Origin: Chrysomallon squamiferum
Taxonomy: Eukaryota > Animalia > Mollusca
Assembly: GCA_012295275.1 (NCBI GenBank)
Contig: CM022679.1
Coordinates: 6,138,001 to 6,202,000 of the forward strand
Reading direction: 5' to 3'
Length of the DNA stretch: 64,000 nt
Below, one piece after another: positions 1-12,583 of this stretch. The translations under genes and the position numbers were made by a program. Below the pieces are notes generated by a model. It worked only from the letters and a program-made list of their open reading frames with translations, ran no database searches and was not told the DNA's origin. Position 1 is the first letter of the stretch. Each line of letters starts with the position of its first letter.

Positions 1-1171
1 TTATATATTTGTCTGTCTTCTTAATATTTTTCATACATATAACACACACACACACACTCATGTACACACACAAACCTATATATACATGTACAATTAACCA
101 TACAGGTGTTACAGATACTAACATATGGAAACATATTTTCAAAAGCATCTTTTCTAATAAAAATTCAGAAACTAACAACATATTTATATTCAAAGTTTAA
201 CAGTACAATTAGTCTCTCAAGTTTTGCTTCATTAAATACAAAGCATCAACTTAATAATAATATTCAGCATCTTACAAATACATCTTCCCTGTAATGGTTT
301 TTCTGAATCACCACGGTGTATAGAGATTTATTAAATACATGAAACGGAAATGACTGCATAAAGGAAAAATGTATGTCTTAAAGAAAAACAAGTCATCCAT
401 GACTAGATATATGTATATAACATGTATATAAATATATTTTGTCTTGCCTGACTGGTTATCCTGTATAAGATTTTTTTTATAATGTAAGCATGATGATGCA
501 GTTTATTTATGTGGTGAATTAATAAGAAACCGGTCAGTAAAATATAATTTGAATATATTCTAAAAACTGTTTTATAGATTCACAAAAAAATCATAAAAGA
601 AAAAAAAAAGAAGTTTCATGTATAAATAAAGTGTGTAGGATAATGTATTAGTGAAAAAATATAGTTAATGTATCAGTCAAGAGAAAAAGTAGTTACTACA
701 TTTGACTTGTTAAATAAATATGAAAGAATTAGACAGCTTCTTCAAAACTACATTGTTTGTCTCACTGAATGTGTACAAATAGTTAAATCAATAGACACAT
801 GCATGTGCTTGTATGTTTGTATAATTGTATGTGTACTTTCATAAAACAGACTATAACATTCTGCTCTTTCCAAAAGCATATGCATGCACACATAAAATAG
901 ATGTTAAATAATCAAAATGAAATATATTCTTTAAAAATATAACATAATATATAATCTAATCAGTATTATAATTAAAAAAAACAAAAACAAAAATCAAACA
1001 AAAACCCCTCCCCACCATTCTGAAAAAATAAAATAATAATATTAATAATAAATAAATGAATAAAACCCATTAAATAAACAGCTTACTAAACTTGCACTTC
1101 AGATCAAGAACAAAACATAAAAAAGATGACATTAACAGATGAAAAGTGAAAATCCTATACTGATCATTTAC

Positions 1172-1420
1172 CTGGGGGCTAAACTAACGAGGTGAAGTTA
1201 AAAAGGTGAACTCTTGTTGATCTCAGGTAAAAATAGCCCAGGTGATTATTTGCTGCTGAACCGTAACCTGCTGCATTATAGAGTCCAGTTGAGCATGGAC
1301 AATGGAAAGCGGAGCCTTATAAATCAGAGCTCAAAACCATCAAGTGTGAGCCCGAAAGCTTCAGATGACAAGTTGCGTCCAAGCTTTTCAATTGGTGAAA
1401 GATGTCAATGCTTTTTCTTT
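1172..1420 (-). other. Candidate non-coding (5'UTR-type) exon of the unidentified minus-strand gene; left boundary defined by a donor, right boundary uncertain
   Basis: Minus-strand CCCAG|GTAAAT donor at 1172/1171. Local GC- and CpG-richer patch (about 5 CpG in 200 bp) inside a CpG-poor region. All three minus frames are interrupted; only short ATG-initiated ORFs are present. Confidence 0.3.
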
Positions 1421-4180
1421 TTTATTTGTTGTGGTAGATAATAGTTGGAGATCTGATAATTCATAGTTTGAAAATCAGATTATCATGTTTCCATTGTAAT
1501 CACTATATAGACAGGTAGAATATGAAAGCACTATATACTACTTTGAAATGATTTGAAGCATTTAATTTTTTTTCAAAAGGAATACACTTGAAGAAATTTG
1601 AAAATGATAAACAACACTTGAGTGAGAAAGAGAAAAAAAGAGACACTCTTGCAAGAGAGAAAGAGGGAGAATTATTTTTAATCATAATACAAAAATAAAT
1701 AAATAAACATATGAAAATGTTTAAATAAGCAAAGCTTTCAGTTTAATGGCAATCTCCATCTACAGTGGCCTTCAGCATATAATGCTTTTCAGCTGACAGC
1801 CACAAAAATTAATAAATGTATTCTCAAAATAAACTTGTTTACCATTTTAATATGTGCACCTTTTATCAAAATTGACCTATTATTTCAAACTTATCAGCCT
1901 CTATTTGAAAACTCTACAATAGTAGTAATAATAATAATAAACTTTTCTCAGTTTACATTAATTCCTCATAACACTGAAGTAAACATTCTGTAAAATGGTT
2001 TAATGTATACCTGAAAACTGTAAAAGTATTATATTTAGATAATTTTACTACATTCAGAAACACCTGTACAATATTAACCTGAATTTATTTTGATAAAAAT
2101 AGTTCAGTATCTCAGCTACCCAACTATCTTCAGTCCAATATACTGATATATACCAGTGGCCATTTTAATATCTCTGTGTTGTTATCTTAATTTTGAACCA
2201 GTTTATCTTTCAAACCATATAAGTATGATCTTCAGAAGATGGAGATGATATATGATGTTTCTGTTCTTTCAGATTACTGATAAAAAACCCCACCAAAACA
2301 GCAACATTGCTATGTGTCTATGATACTAATATCTTCAAAGGTACATTTAGGTTTGCTATTTATAATATTATTATTATTACTATTATTATTATTATTAGTA
2401 GTAGTAGTAGTATTAATCATTACTTGATTGAACACTCTACCTGCTGTGTTTTCAGTGTAAACTGAATAATAAAAAAGAGAATATTTTCCTATGAGTCACT
2501 GTAACAGCTAACAATGTGTTGTTTTATTTAACAGTTTTCAACTGATGGGTGGTCACAACTGATAAAACATTGTTTGGCACATGTGTCCATCACATGAAAG
2601 CAGCCAGGTTAACAAACCATGTTAGAACCAGTTCATGACAGCAAGGCATGAAATTCACATAACACACATGCATATGCATCAACAATTTCACATCTGGTCA
2701 ACAGTTTTCAAGTTCAGTTTCAATGTCAGATTTTTCAAGAATGGTAACTGTTAACTAATTATTTTAATACACAGATAAATATGTTTGGTTTATTACATAA
2801 TGAGATGTTATTAAAGAAATGTTTTCAAACAGCTAGAAAATTTGCTTGGTTCAAGTGGTGTAACTGTTAAAATGATGGAATTTCAACTTCTGAAGGAGAT
2901 CCACTTGTACAAAGTTATGGAATTTCAAGTCTAACAATGGGCAGAAATATGGAATGTTGTTACCCACGCTGATTTTTTCTTAATACAACAGTTTCCTGTA
3001 ACACTGCATTAATTATTAAATAATATTTGTCTTGCTTAGTAGATTGCATTAATTTAAATAACTACTGTTACAAAAATAAATTATATTTAGCAAAATATTA
3101 AAGTCAAGTAATATTGTCAATAATAGTTAATAAATTTAATCGATTTATAAATTATTAGGAATATTTTGACATGACACTGTTTACAGACAGGCATGAAGAC
3201 AGTCTAGTCTACCTTGGAGACCTTTTACAAGAAGTTCAGAGTGACAGAAGTCTTCTGGCAGGTTGCCAGGTCATGTATATTATCAAATGTGTACTTAAAT
3301 CAGTCAGCTGGAACAACAATACACACAGATGTACATATCTATTTTCTTTTCTCATCTCTGTTTTCTTTCTATCTCTTTTTATAAAAATGGGTTTAAATAT
3401 TATTAAAATCAAACAACAGATGATCTAATTATATAATTATTACTGATGACAGTTTATATATTAAAATTAAAAAAGGAACTTCACTTAGAAATAATAACTA
3501 ATGAACTTTCTTTTAAATGTGCTAGAGATCATTGTTTCATATCATAATTATGTACCTCATAAATATGCATATCACTATCTAATTCATAGGGTTAATCACC
3601 AATTAAATTAGTATTTGTATTGTTAACTTCAGTGATGGTCATAAAGATCTACATAAGAAATTTAATATGTTCCTTTTTTATACTTTGATGCAATTGTTTT
3701 GTTTGATCCATTATACCAGCCTTTGCTAACAATAAAGTAAAAAGTTAAAAGTTCACATCACCTTAGGTATACTTTAAACACTGATTTATTTGACAATGAA
3801 ACAAATCAATATGCAGGATAAAAACTTTTGAAAAACAGCCAGTATCTAATTGTTTATAATGAAAGTTTTCAAAACCAATTATTTTCTTTACTACCATTAA
3901 ATAACCCTGTGGAAAGGTAATTTTTTGTTCTTAATAGAGAAAATTACTGTTTAATTTTTGGGGATTATTATTCTGTTAAAGAAACCTAATTGTTGTATGT
4001 AGTTTTGCTCTATAAAAAGTTGTATTTAGATAGGTATATCTACTCTGAGTGATAAAGCAGGTTTATAATTCACATAAGAGTAGAACTGATACTGGATATA
4101 CTTTATACTAATTAACTTTATAATACACTAACATCATTACTGTTTTAGATAAAAAATAAACTTATATTTTGTGACTTCTG

Positions 4181-4182
<2 letters not shown>

Positions 4183-4230
<48 letters not shown>

Positions 4231-4308
4231 TAATAATAATAAAAATAAAAATAACAATAACAATAACAATAATAACAACAACAATAACAACAATATAATG
4301 ATTTCTGT

Positions 4309-4366
<58 letters not shown>
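4183..4366. repeat. Compound microsatellite (AAT/AAC)n-(CTAT)n-(TA)n
   Basis: Directly visible. Confidence 0.95.
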
Positions 4367-4369
<3 letters not shown>

Positions 4370-5545
4370 GGTCAAACAGCCCTGTATTTACTGGGTTGTT
4401 TGGATCAAAAACAAAATTTGTGTAACACCCATTCAATTACTCATACAAACACATCCTACAACAGGCCAGGTTCCTGTGTAAGTTAAATCTTTGAAAATAT
4501 TTTACTTTATTTGATCTTTGTTGTTGTTTTACATGGCCAGTGGAGCACAATTATCTTGTGGCCAAAACTGAACCATTTTTATTTTTGTTTTACATCAAAG
4601 TAAAATAAATAAGACAGTTAATGACAAGTAAATGTCTACATTCTTTATTTTTCCTTTAGCAAAACAAGGATACTGCTGAAAAGATTACCTGTTCATAACT
4701 AATGACACACACCTCATCAGATGACTGACTTCAAATAATTAAAAACATAGATAAAAATAAGCTATAGTAATGTCAACATGACTAATCAAACCAACAAACA
4801 GTATAATGAAAAGGTTAAAAAATTAGTTGTACACCATGAACTGTATGTACTGTAAATAACCTATCTTACCAGGTAATTTTGTGAACAGGTAAAATAATTA
4901 AAGATAAGGGCTTAGAACTGCAGGTTTATCTAACAGGGAAAAAAAAAAAAAATCTGGCTTAGTGATTACTAATGGTCTACAATCGATGTATGACAAAACC
5001 CTAGAGTACAATGTCTGGCCATTTGAAAATGTCAATACAGACCGAAAAACAAACAGAAACATAATACAATTTGAGTATTGATTGAGTCGACACGCAAAAC
5101 ACAGACTGGTTGATTAATATTCAACATGTTATCTCTTTACATCGTTTCTCTACTAAGCCAATTTTCATTATTGCTTTGTTACAGTAATGGTAGGCTGTTA
5201 GTAAAAATAAAAATAAAATGAATTAGAAGAAAATTATTGTCATTTTAATTATTATTATTATTCCAGTTGTTGTTGTTATAATTATTATTATTAGCAGAAT
5301 TATTTTGAAATCAAATTAAGACAAATCATTAATGTTTATTAGAAAAAATATATAAATAAAAAGCAATCATAAAAACATTTAATATAATTTTCAGATCCAA
5401 TTTCCTACATGAACTGACTCCATTATTCATTGATTATATAAAAAAAAAAAAAAAAATTATAAGCACAGATATTTTAGGTAACTGAAACAAAACATAATAA
5501 AATAAAATACATAAAAGTAATTCTAAAAATTTGATTTGGTATTAC

Positions 5546-5584
<39 letters not shown>

Positions 5585-6570
5585 TGAAGAGTACCAGTAA
5601 TAATTACAAATAACAATAAATTAAAAATATAATAATATTAAAATAAATAAGTTATATTTACAGATATAAGTACTGAAACAGTAATAGTAATTATAGGCTT
5701 ACAGTAAAACAATATAAAACATCAAAGAAGGTTATAGGTAGTAAACTTTTAACAACTTCAAATATTATTATTACTACTTTCCTATAAAGAAAAGTTTTAC
5801 TTAAGTCAGTGAAAAAACAAGAACATTTCTATTGTTCTCATACAAATAGTAAGACCTATATTTATTCGACCATTCAGTTGTGACTGATTAGACCACAGTA
5901 TATAAATTATTTTTATCAACAAGTGAAGATTAAAAACCTTCTGAGTCTGTATTTATGTGTAATTGTGTGGACTAAATCCTTCATTATGTAACAACTGTTA
6001 TCCTTATTATTCTTTTCCCTGTAAGTTATTGCTCTTACCTATAATCATAAAAATCATGTCAGTTTCACCTTTCCTGGCAGCCATTGTTGGCTAATACTTA
6101 CTGTTTTTTAATAAATATTAATCAAGCATTAACACAGAACAACAACAAACAAAAGTAATAATAATAATTTATAATTAAAAAAAATCACAATAAAACAAAT
6201 CAGTTTAATTTTATTGCTAATGCATTTTAGTATTACTGAAAAATATATTTTTAATAAATATTCATAAACATTTAAACCAGAATTGTAAAAACTTTGCTAA
6301 TTTGGGTTCACTGGAAAAGCAATTAAAATGTATAGTTTATCTTAATAAATATTCATAAACATTAATGAAAGAAGATGGGGTGTCTACAGGGTTTAAAACA
6401 GGAAATCTTGTTCAGCTATTTGTGCAATCTCCAAATGAGGTATATCTGTAATATGATCCACTAGGATACAAATAGGGTACTTTTACAAAGAAAGTGTATT
6501 TTGGAATCACTGAAATCTTCTTTACTGTATAGGCCCTATATATTTTTTTTAAAGTACTCTATTTGTATAC

Positions 6571-6572
<2 letters not shown>

Positions 6573-6623
<51 letters not shown>
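6573..6623. repeat. (GT)n microsatellite
   Basis: Directly visible. Confidence 0.95.
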
Positions 6624-6624
<1 letters not shown>

Positions 6625-8232
6625 ATGCACACACATACATTAAAGTTTGAATAGGAAAACGAAAGTTGTTGATATTCTTTTATCTGTGTATTTATTAAAT
6701 GAAAACACAATCAAAATATCACTGCTTTCAACAGACAAGCAAAACTGGAGATACAACTGACTTGAGAGTTAGAAAGTCTAGTGATGGAGTGGTATAAGAA
6801 AATGTAAACGTAACTGGACAATGGCAGGATAACAAGGTCTTTCACACAAGTGGCCACTTTACAAGAGGTATATGCAGGTATTGGGCAAATTGCCAAGTTT
6901 ACCTGTGCTGTCAGTCAAGACAGGTTAACAAACGATAAAGCATCTGATAATCAAATTTAATTCTAAAAAGGCCATGGTGTTTTTACTGTTATTTGTTTAT
7001 ATATGTTTATATTTCTGCAATATTCATGTTTTCTCTAAGAATCTGAATATTGATATCATGTTATTCCAGAATCAATTATTTAAAAAATAAACATTGGATA
7101 GTTTTACCAGCAAGATCAAGAAAACATTTAATTAATATAAATAATATAATAATAAATGTATTTGATGGTAGAGTATATTAATATAAAAAATGTATACATT
7201 TTATAAAATGGTAACAGAAAATGGCCTGTGAATACATTTACAGTTCTAGGTAACGTAATTTATGCAATCGTAGTACTGCGACCAGGATTAAACTTGAAGG
7301 TGTGCCAAGTTTACCTGTGTAAGAAAAGGTAAACATAATAGCCCACTTTGCTGGGTTACCTGAGCAGATTGTGACAACCTGACACAAGACGTGCAGGGTG
7401 AAGAACAAACAGATGGCAGTAACTGATTGTAAAAATATTACACAGTGGTATATTTCCTTTAGCAGTGTGACACTATGAATCATGAAAACTTCCTTCATGA
7501 TAAATTTGTAAATGCACAGAAATGGATGATCTGATTTATTATTATTATTGTCATTCTTATATATATATATTAATTAATTATTTATAATTTATTGATGCTA
7601 TATGAACCAAATTTCTGTTATAAGTACTGTATATATACACAATAATTTGTACATTACAATTACCTTCTGAAAATAATTAAATTATTAATTTTATTTTATA
7701 ACTGTAAGGGAAAAAATAGCATTTATGACGAGTGAGTTGGAAATAACAAAATCTATTGTAGATATGAACATACTTGATTAATAATTGAAATGTCATTTTT
7801 CCTAATAGCAGTACATGTCACATAAATATGTCTTAACACTTAAAGATGAATTTATATAATTATACAAAAATTTCTGATGAAAACGCATTTAAAAAAATTG
7901 AACATCCTTCGCAGTACAAATATGAAACAGACTATATAAACCGTAGTAACTACCTGATCACCTCCGATTTATTTTGTTGTCAAAATAAAAATTAAAACAT
8001 AAATAAGCATTCAGAATTATTCGTTTAATATAAATGAACTAATTCGAAAAATATTTTCTGACTATACTGACGTTAAAACAATGAATCACCTGAACCGTGG
8101 GCGTATCATACCTGCAATCACCTGTAGAATAAACGCGACATCAACGAATGCTATTTTGCTTCCGGACCAAACGACACCGGCAATTTTTAAAATAATATAC
8201 TGCATTTGACAGAAGAAACATATTAAACTTAC

Positions 8233-8400
8233 CGAGCGAACTTATGAAGAAATCCAGTAAATCCGACAAAGTTTGAGAAAGTTTGAACACTTGTTGTCAG
8301 TCTTTGAAGTGGGCCGTGGCAATCAACAAGCTTTCCCGCACATCGCCATAAGCACGTATGCAAATGAAGGCGCGCAGTAATACGATGACTCACGTGGAAG
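8233..8400 (-). promoter_or_regulatory. Probable promoter and non-coding first exon of an unidentified minus-strand gene whose body lies to the left of the window start
   Basis: Minus-strand CG|GTAAGT donor (GTAAGT at 8232-8227). CpG-rich patch with octamer ATGCAAAT (8358-8365) and overlapping AP-1/E-box TGACTCACGTG (8386-8396). Sequence to the left (1-7700) is CpG-depleted like a methylated gene body. Confidence 0.5.
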
Positions 8401-9149
8401 AAAATAAAAAGGGACGCCTCGTCTTTTGTGTTACTAGAAGTAAATAGTTCTTCTTACGTCCAGACTTTAGTCATGACTAGTTCAAAATACTTTACATTTA
8501 TTTACCATGTTATGAATGTTACTGATATTTGTTGGTGGATAAAAACTAAAACTAAAACGTATTTGTAAAATAATTTTTTTATAATCAGAGCACCTGAGCC
8601 GAACAACTCAAGTCGTGATCCCGTTAGACTCAGGTAAAGGTGTGCTTCATTCACGTGTAGTAATACACTATTTCAATGGTAAACAAACGTAAACAATTGT
8701 AATGGTCACATCTGTTTTAACTTACGTATCAAGTGTTTCAGCATAAATAGCGTTTTTCCTAATTTTATTGTCAAATAGATTCTGAAAGCTTTTGTATCTG
8801 CAGCTGGTTCAGTATGTAAAAAGTAATATTTTCAGAAAGGATTAGCGCCATATTTTGTTACATGCCAATAGGAAATGGAGAACTATGAATATTTCAGTGA
8901 AAACCAATAAGAATTTGATTTTAAACATTTGATATGTTACAACTTAGAGAGAACCGATATAACTGTAGTCGCTTGATATAACCGTAGTTTTATTTATTTA
9001 TTTATTTATTTATGTATTCGTTCATTTATTATTTATGTTTATTATTATTCCTATCTTATGGTGGAAATCAACACTTAAGCTTTTAATTATTTTTTACTTT
9101 ATTATTATTTTTTAAAATAATTATTTGAGAGAGGTCTGACCGTGTGTAA

Positions 9150-9150
<1 letters not shown>

Positions 9151-9238
<88 letters not shown>
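9151..9238. repeat. (AAT)n-(AT)n microsatellite
   Basis: Directly visible. Confidence 0.95.
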
Positions 9239-9243
<5 letters not shown>

Positions 9244-9815
9244 AAATAATTAACCATTACTGCATTAAATATTCAAACAGTTCTTAAGAAAAACAGATGT
9301 TTTAATATAGAAACACACTCAAACTGTATTTCTCAAATTGCTGTGCAAGCAAACTTGAATGCGGCGACTTTCTTTATTTAAGTAAAAACAGTGTTTGTCT
9401 GATGTTTAATTAAAACGAGGCGTTATTAACTTCACCCCGTGCACAGCGTCCCAGTCAGAGGTGAAAGTAATTACGTTTGTAATCGTTGTTTTAACTGATT
9501 GTGCAGAAACCTTTGATCTGCTTAATAAAAACATGTGTTTGTTTGATTTGTTGTTTAACAGTTGTGTGTTGTTTTTGTCTTTTTCTCTTTGATTATGTGT
9601 GGTTACTGTGTTTGAGTGTGTTTGTTTGTTTACACTAAGAGAAATTATTTTTAAAAAGTTATGTGTTAATTATTACCTTTAGATGATACAAAAATGCTTA
9701 TTATTTCCTTGTCAATACATTTATAATATCGCAACGATAGTAGAATGCAAAATTAATGAATATGTTTTTATTACACAGGAAAGCATAATATTAAAATTTC
9801 ATTGTTGTAATTAAA

Positions 9816-10050
9816 ATGATCGTCGTCATAATCAGTATCATTATTATTATTACTATCATCATCATTGACATTAATGTTGCTCTTACTATCATAATTCTGT
9901 TGTTATTATTATTACAACTACTGCTATTGCTGCTGTTGACAATGTTATTGCTACTACTACTACTACGACTACTACTACTACTACTATTAATATTACTGCA
10001 ACAACAACATTAATTACTACTACTACCACTGCTTTTAGTATTATTATTTT
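9816..10050. repeat. Degenerate trinucleotide (TTA/CTA/ATC)n low-complexity tract
   Basis: Directly visible; explains the poly-Leu/Ile ORF 9816-10013. Confidence 0.85.
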
Positions 10051-10398
10051 CGTTTTTCAGTGTTGTTTTAGCGGCATCAGTATCGACACTTTTGTTGTTG
10101 GCGTTGTTTTCTGCACGTAAACGTCACTGATATTTATTTTTTGTTTTGTTTTTATATTCAATAAGTTTGACGTAGGTTGACTTCATTTTGCTTGATGTAC
10201 GTGTCTCCATCTGTCACACAGCTCAGTCAATATTATGTCATGTGATAATGCCCTGCAGGTCGACATCAGTGATCATTTTAACTGATCAGTGTACTACTTA
10301 TCTACATATTGTATATAATTCTTAACATATAATTCTTAAATTTCCCATTCAGATAGATGCAGAGAGAAAGAGAGAGATAAATTGTTAGAGAGATACAG

Positions 10399-10490
<92 letters not shown>
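10399..10490. repeat. (TA)n-(GA)n microsatellite
   Basis: Directly visible. Confidence 0.95.
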
Positions 10491-10494
<4 letters not shown>

Positions 10495-11810
10495 TTACAA
10501 AGTTGATATATTTATTATTTATTAGTCACAAACAAATGGATGTTAATCCTCATAAGTGTATAAATATATATGTTTCTTAATTACTCTGTGATTCAAAACA
10601 TTACATTTTCACAATCTTCAAAGATATGAAAGAAAAAGTGAAAGAAAAAAGGTAGAATAAAAACAAGTTTAAAATTAAGAAAACCAACAACAGTAACAAG
10701 AAAAATAAATAATGTGTGTATGTGTGTGTGTTTAATTATTATTATTATTTTTTTTTTTTTCATAATAAAAATTATTCTGTGATTAGCGTAACTATACCAT
10801 TACTATTAAGCAGTGCACGGAAGCATGACACTGCGCATGACAACTCGTGACTTCTGCCACAAGATAATCGTGTTACTTCGACCCGGGTACGTCTTGTTTC
10901 GTTGACAGATGACTGAGGCGTTCATTACTGTCACATGTCCTTGATTTATAGCCATTAGTCAGTCATGCGTTTCAAACACTAATTAGTAACATGCTCGTTA
11001 ACTGATAGCTCCTAAATGTACTTAGTATTCAGTTATTACAAACAACAATATGACTTGTAGATTGAGGACTTGCGAAACGGGTTCACATATCATAGTTCTG
11101 TTAGATGTTATAGTTTGTTTAAGAAATGCTACACTATAGTCTATAGTATGTTAATCTTTGCTATTATAATACAATGCTTTCTGTATAATGGTATAATATG
11201 CTATACAATACTACAATATCTATCAGCAGTCTCCTGTTTACTATTGGGTTAGACACAAACTGAACGCAACTCGGTACGGAAGTTCTTATAATTTATATTT
11301 CTTTACAATATATCATCCAGCATTTTCTGTTTCTGCTAGACAGCATATACAGCAAGGAAATGAAACAACACATTGCTCATTTATCCTTTCGTTGTCATCT
11401 TCTGTGTTGTCGCGGACATCCGTATGGATGGAAGTAAGTTGCTACTCTGCTCTGCACTACACTATAGTATATTACACTATTCCACGAGGTGCTATGCTGT
11501 AATAATCTACAGTGTATTGTACTACAAAATACATTACACAACATTACAGTTAAGCAATGCACTATACTGCACTGCAACGTACTACACTGTATTTTAACTA
11601 AATGCCTTGAATTGTGCCAATGTATCCATAACAGTATGCTTTCGCTGACATTGACAGGGTACAGCTAATTTCTGTAGGTTAATCCTTTGTGTTTGAGGAT
11701 ATACACTAAGGGATATATATAATTATCTCCTTTCCGACCATGCAAAATTATTTATTAATCCTACGATTCATGATATTAAGAAAGCTTATATATATTTTTA
11801 TTTGCTTGTT

Positions 11811-11842
<32 letters not shown>

Positions 11843-11844
11843 TG

Positions 11845-11876
<32 letters not shown>

Positions 11877-12479
11877 TTATTAAATGAACTTAATAGCCTC
11901 ACTCAAGGTGCATTTTATCAAATCTACACTTTAGTTTCGCTAACAGTAACACTGCATCAGTACACTGCGAATTGTAATTATATCCATTTCAGACTCAACG
12001 TATTTAATCAAGCCAAAGCAATTTCCTATTCAAAGCTGAAAATAGCTGGTGATGGGACTATTCCTAATGTTTCTCTTTTGGCCTGTGTTTTGTAAACTAC
12101 TGACTCGTGCCAGATTGCCGTGACAAAACACAATATTTCTGTTCCAGCAGACTGTTTCGTCTATGTTCCATTGACCACCATAATAACATATAGCTGAACA
12201 CTGTGGTACACTTACTCGCCCGACTATTCATTAAGTGGTTATTAACATATCCAAATGCATGGTTATCTGGGGACCATTCCGGTACACGCATGTGTTCAGT
12301 GGTTTCTGTTACCAGTCTTTTGTTATAAACAGCTTGACAATATATTTCTCTTTTTTTTTTCATTTTTTTTTTTTTTTGAAAGCGAGTAACTTAACTTTAC
12401 AAATGGTTGTTATTTTTAAATCACAGAATAACTGCAGACTTTCGTTCTTTAGTTATTTCCTTTTTTGCACTCACTTACT

Positions 12480-12583
12480 TACAGGGTCCCTGTGTGTTTT
12501 AGAGTCCGTGTTGTTTTAGAGTCCGTGTTGTTTTAGAGTAATAAATATTTAACATATCATTCGGAATTTATGGACACTCTGTA
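12480..12583. mobile_element. Possible decayed Tc1/mariner-type MITE containing a 17-bp tandem repeat
   Basis: Ends ta-CAGGGTCC ... GGACACTCTG-ta resemble CAGGGTGTCC/GGACACCCTG TIRs with TA flanks. Internal (TGTTTTAGAGTCCGTGT)x2.6 at 12495-12539. Confidence 0.35.

Noticed and set aside
12495-12539. GTTTTAGAG-starting repeats reminiscent of type II-A CRISPR repeats
   Set aside because: Head-to-tail 17-bp tandem with no spacers, only 2.6 copies, no cas genes, eukaryotic context.
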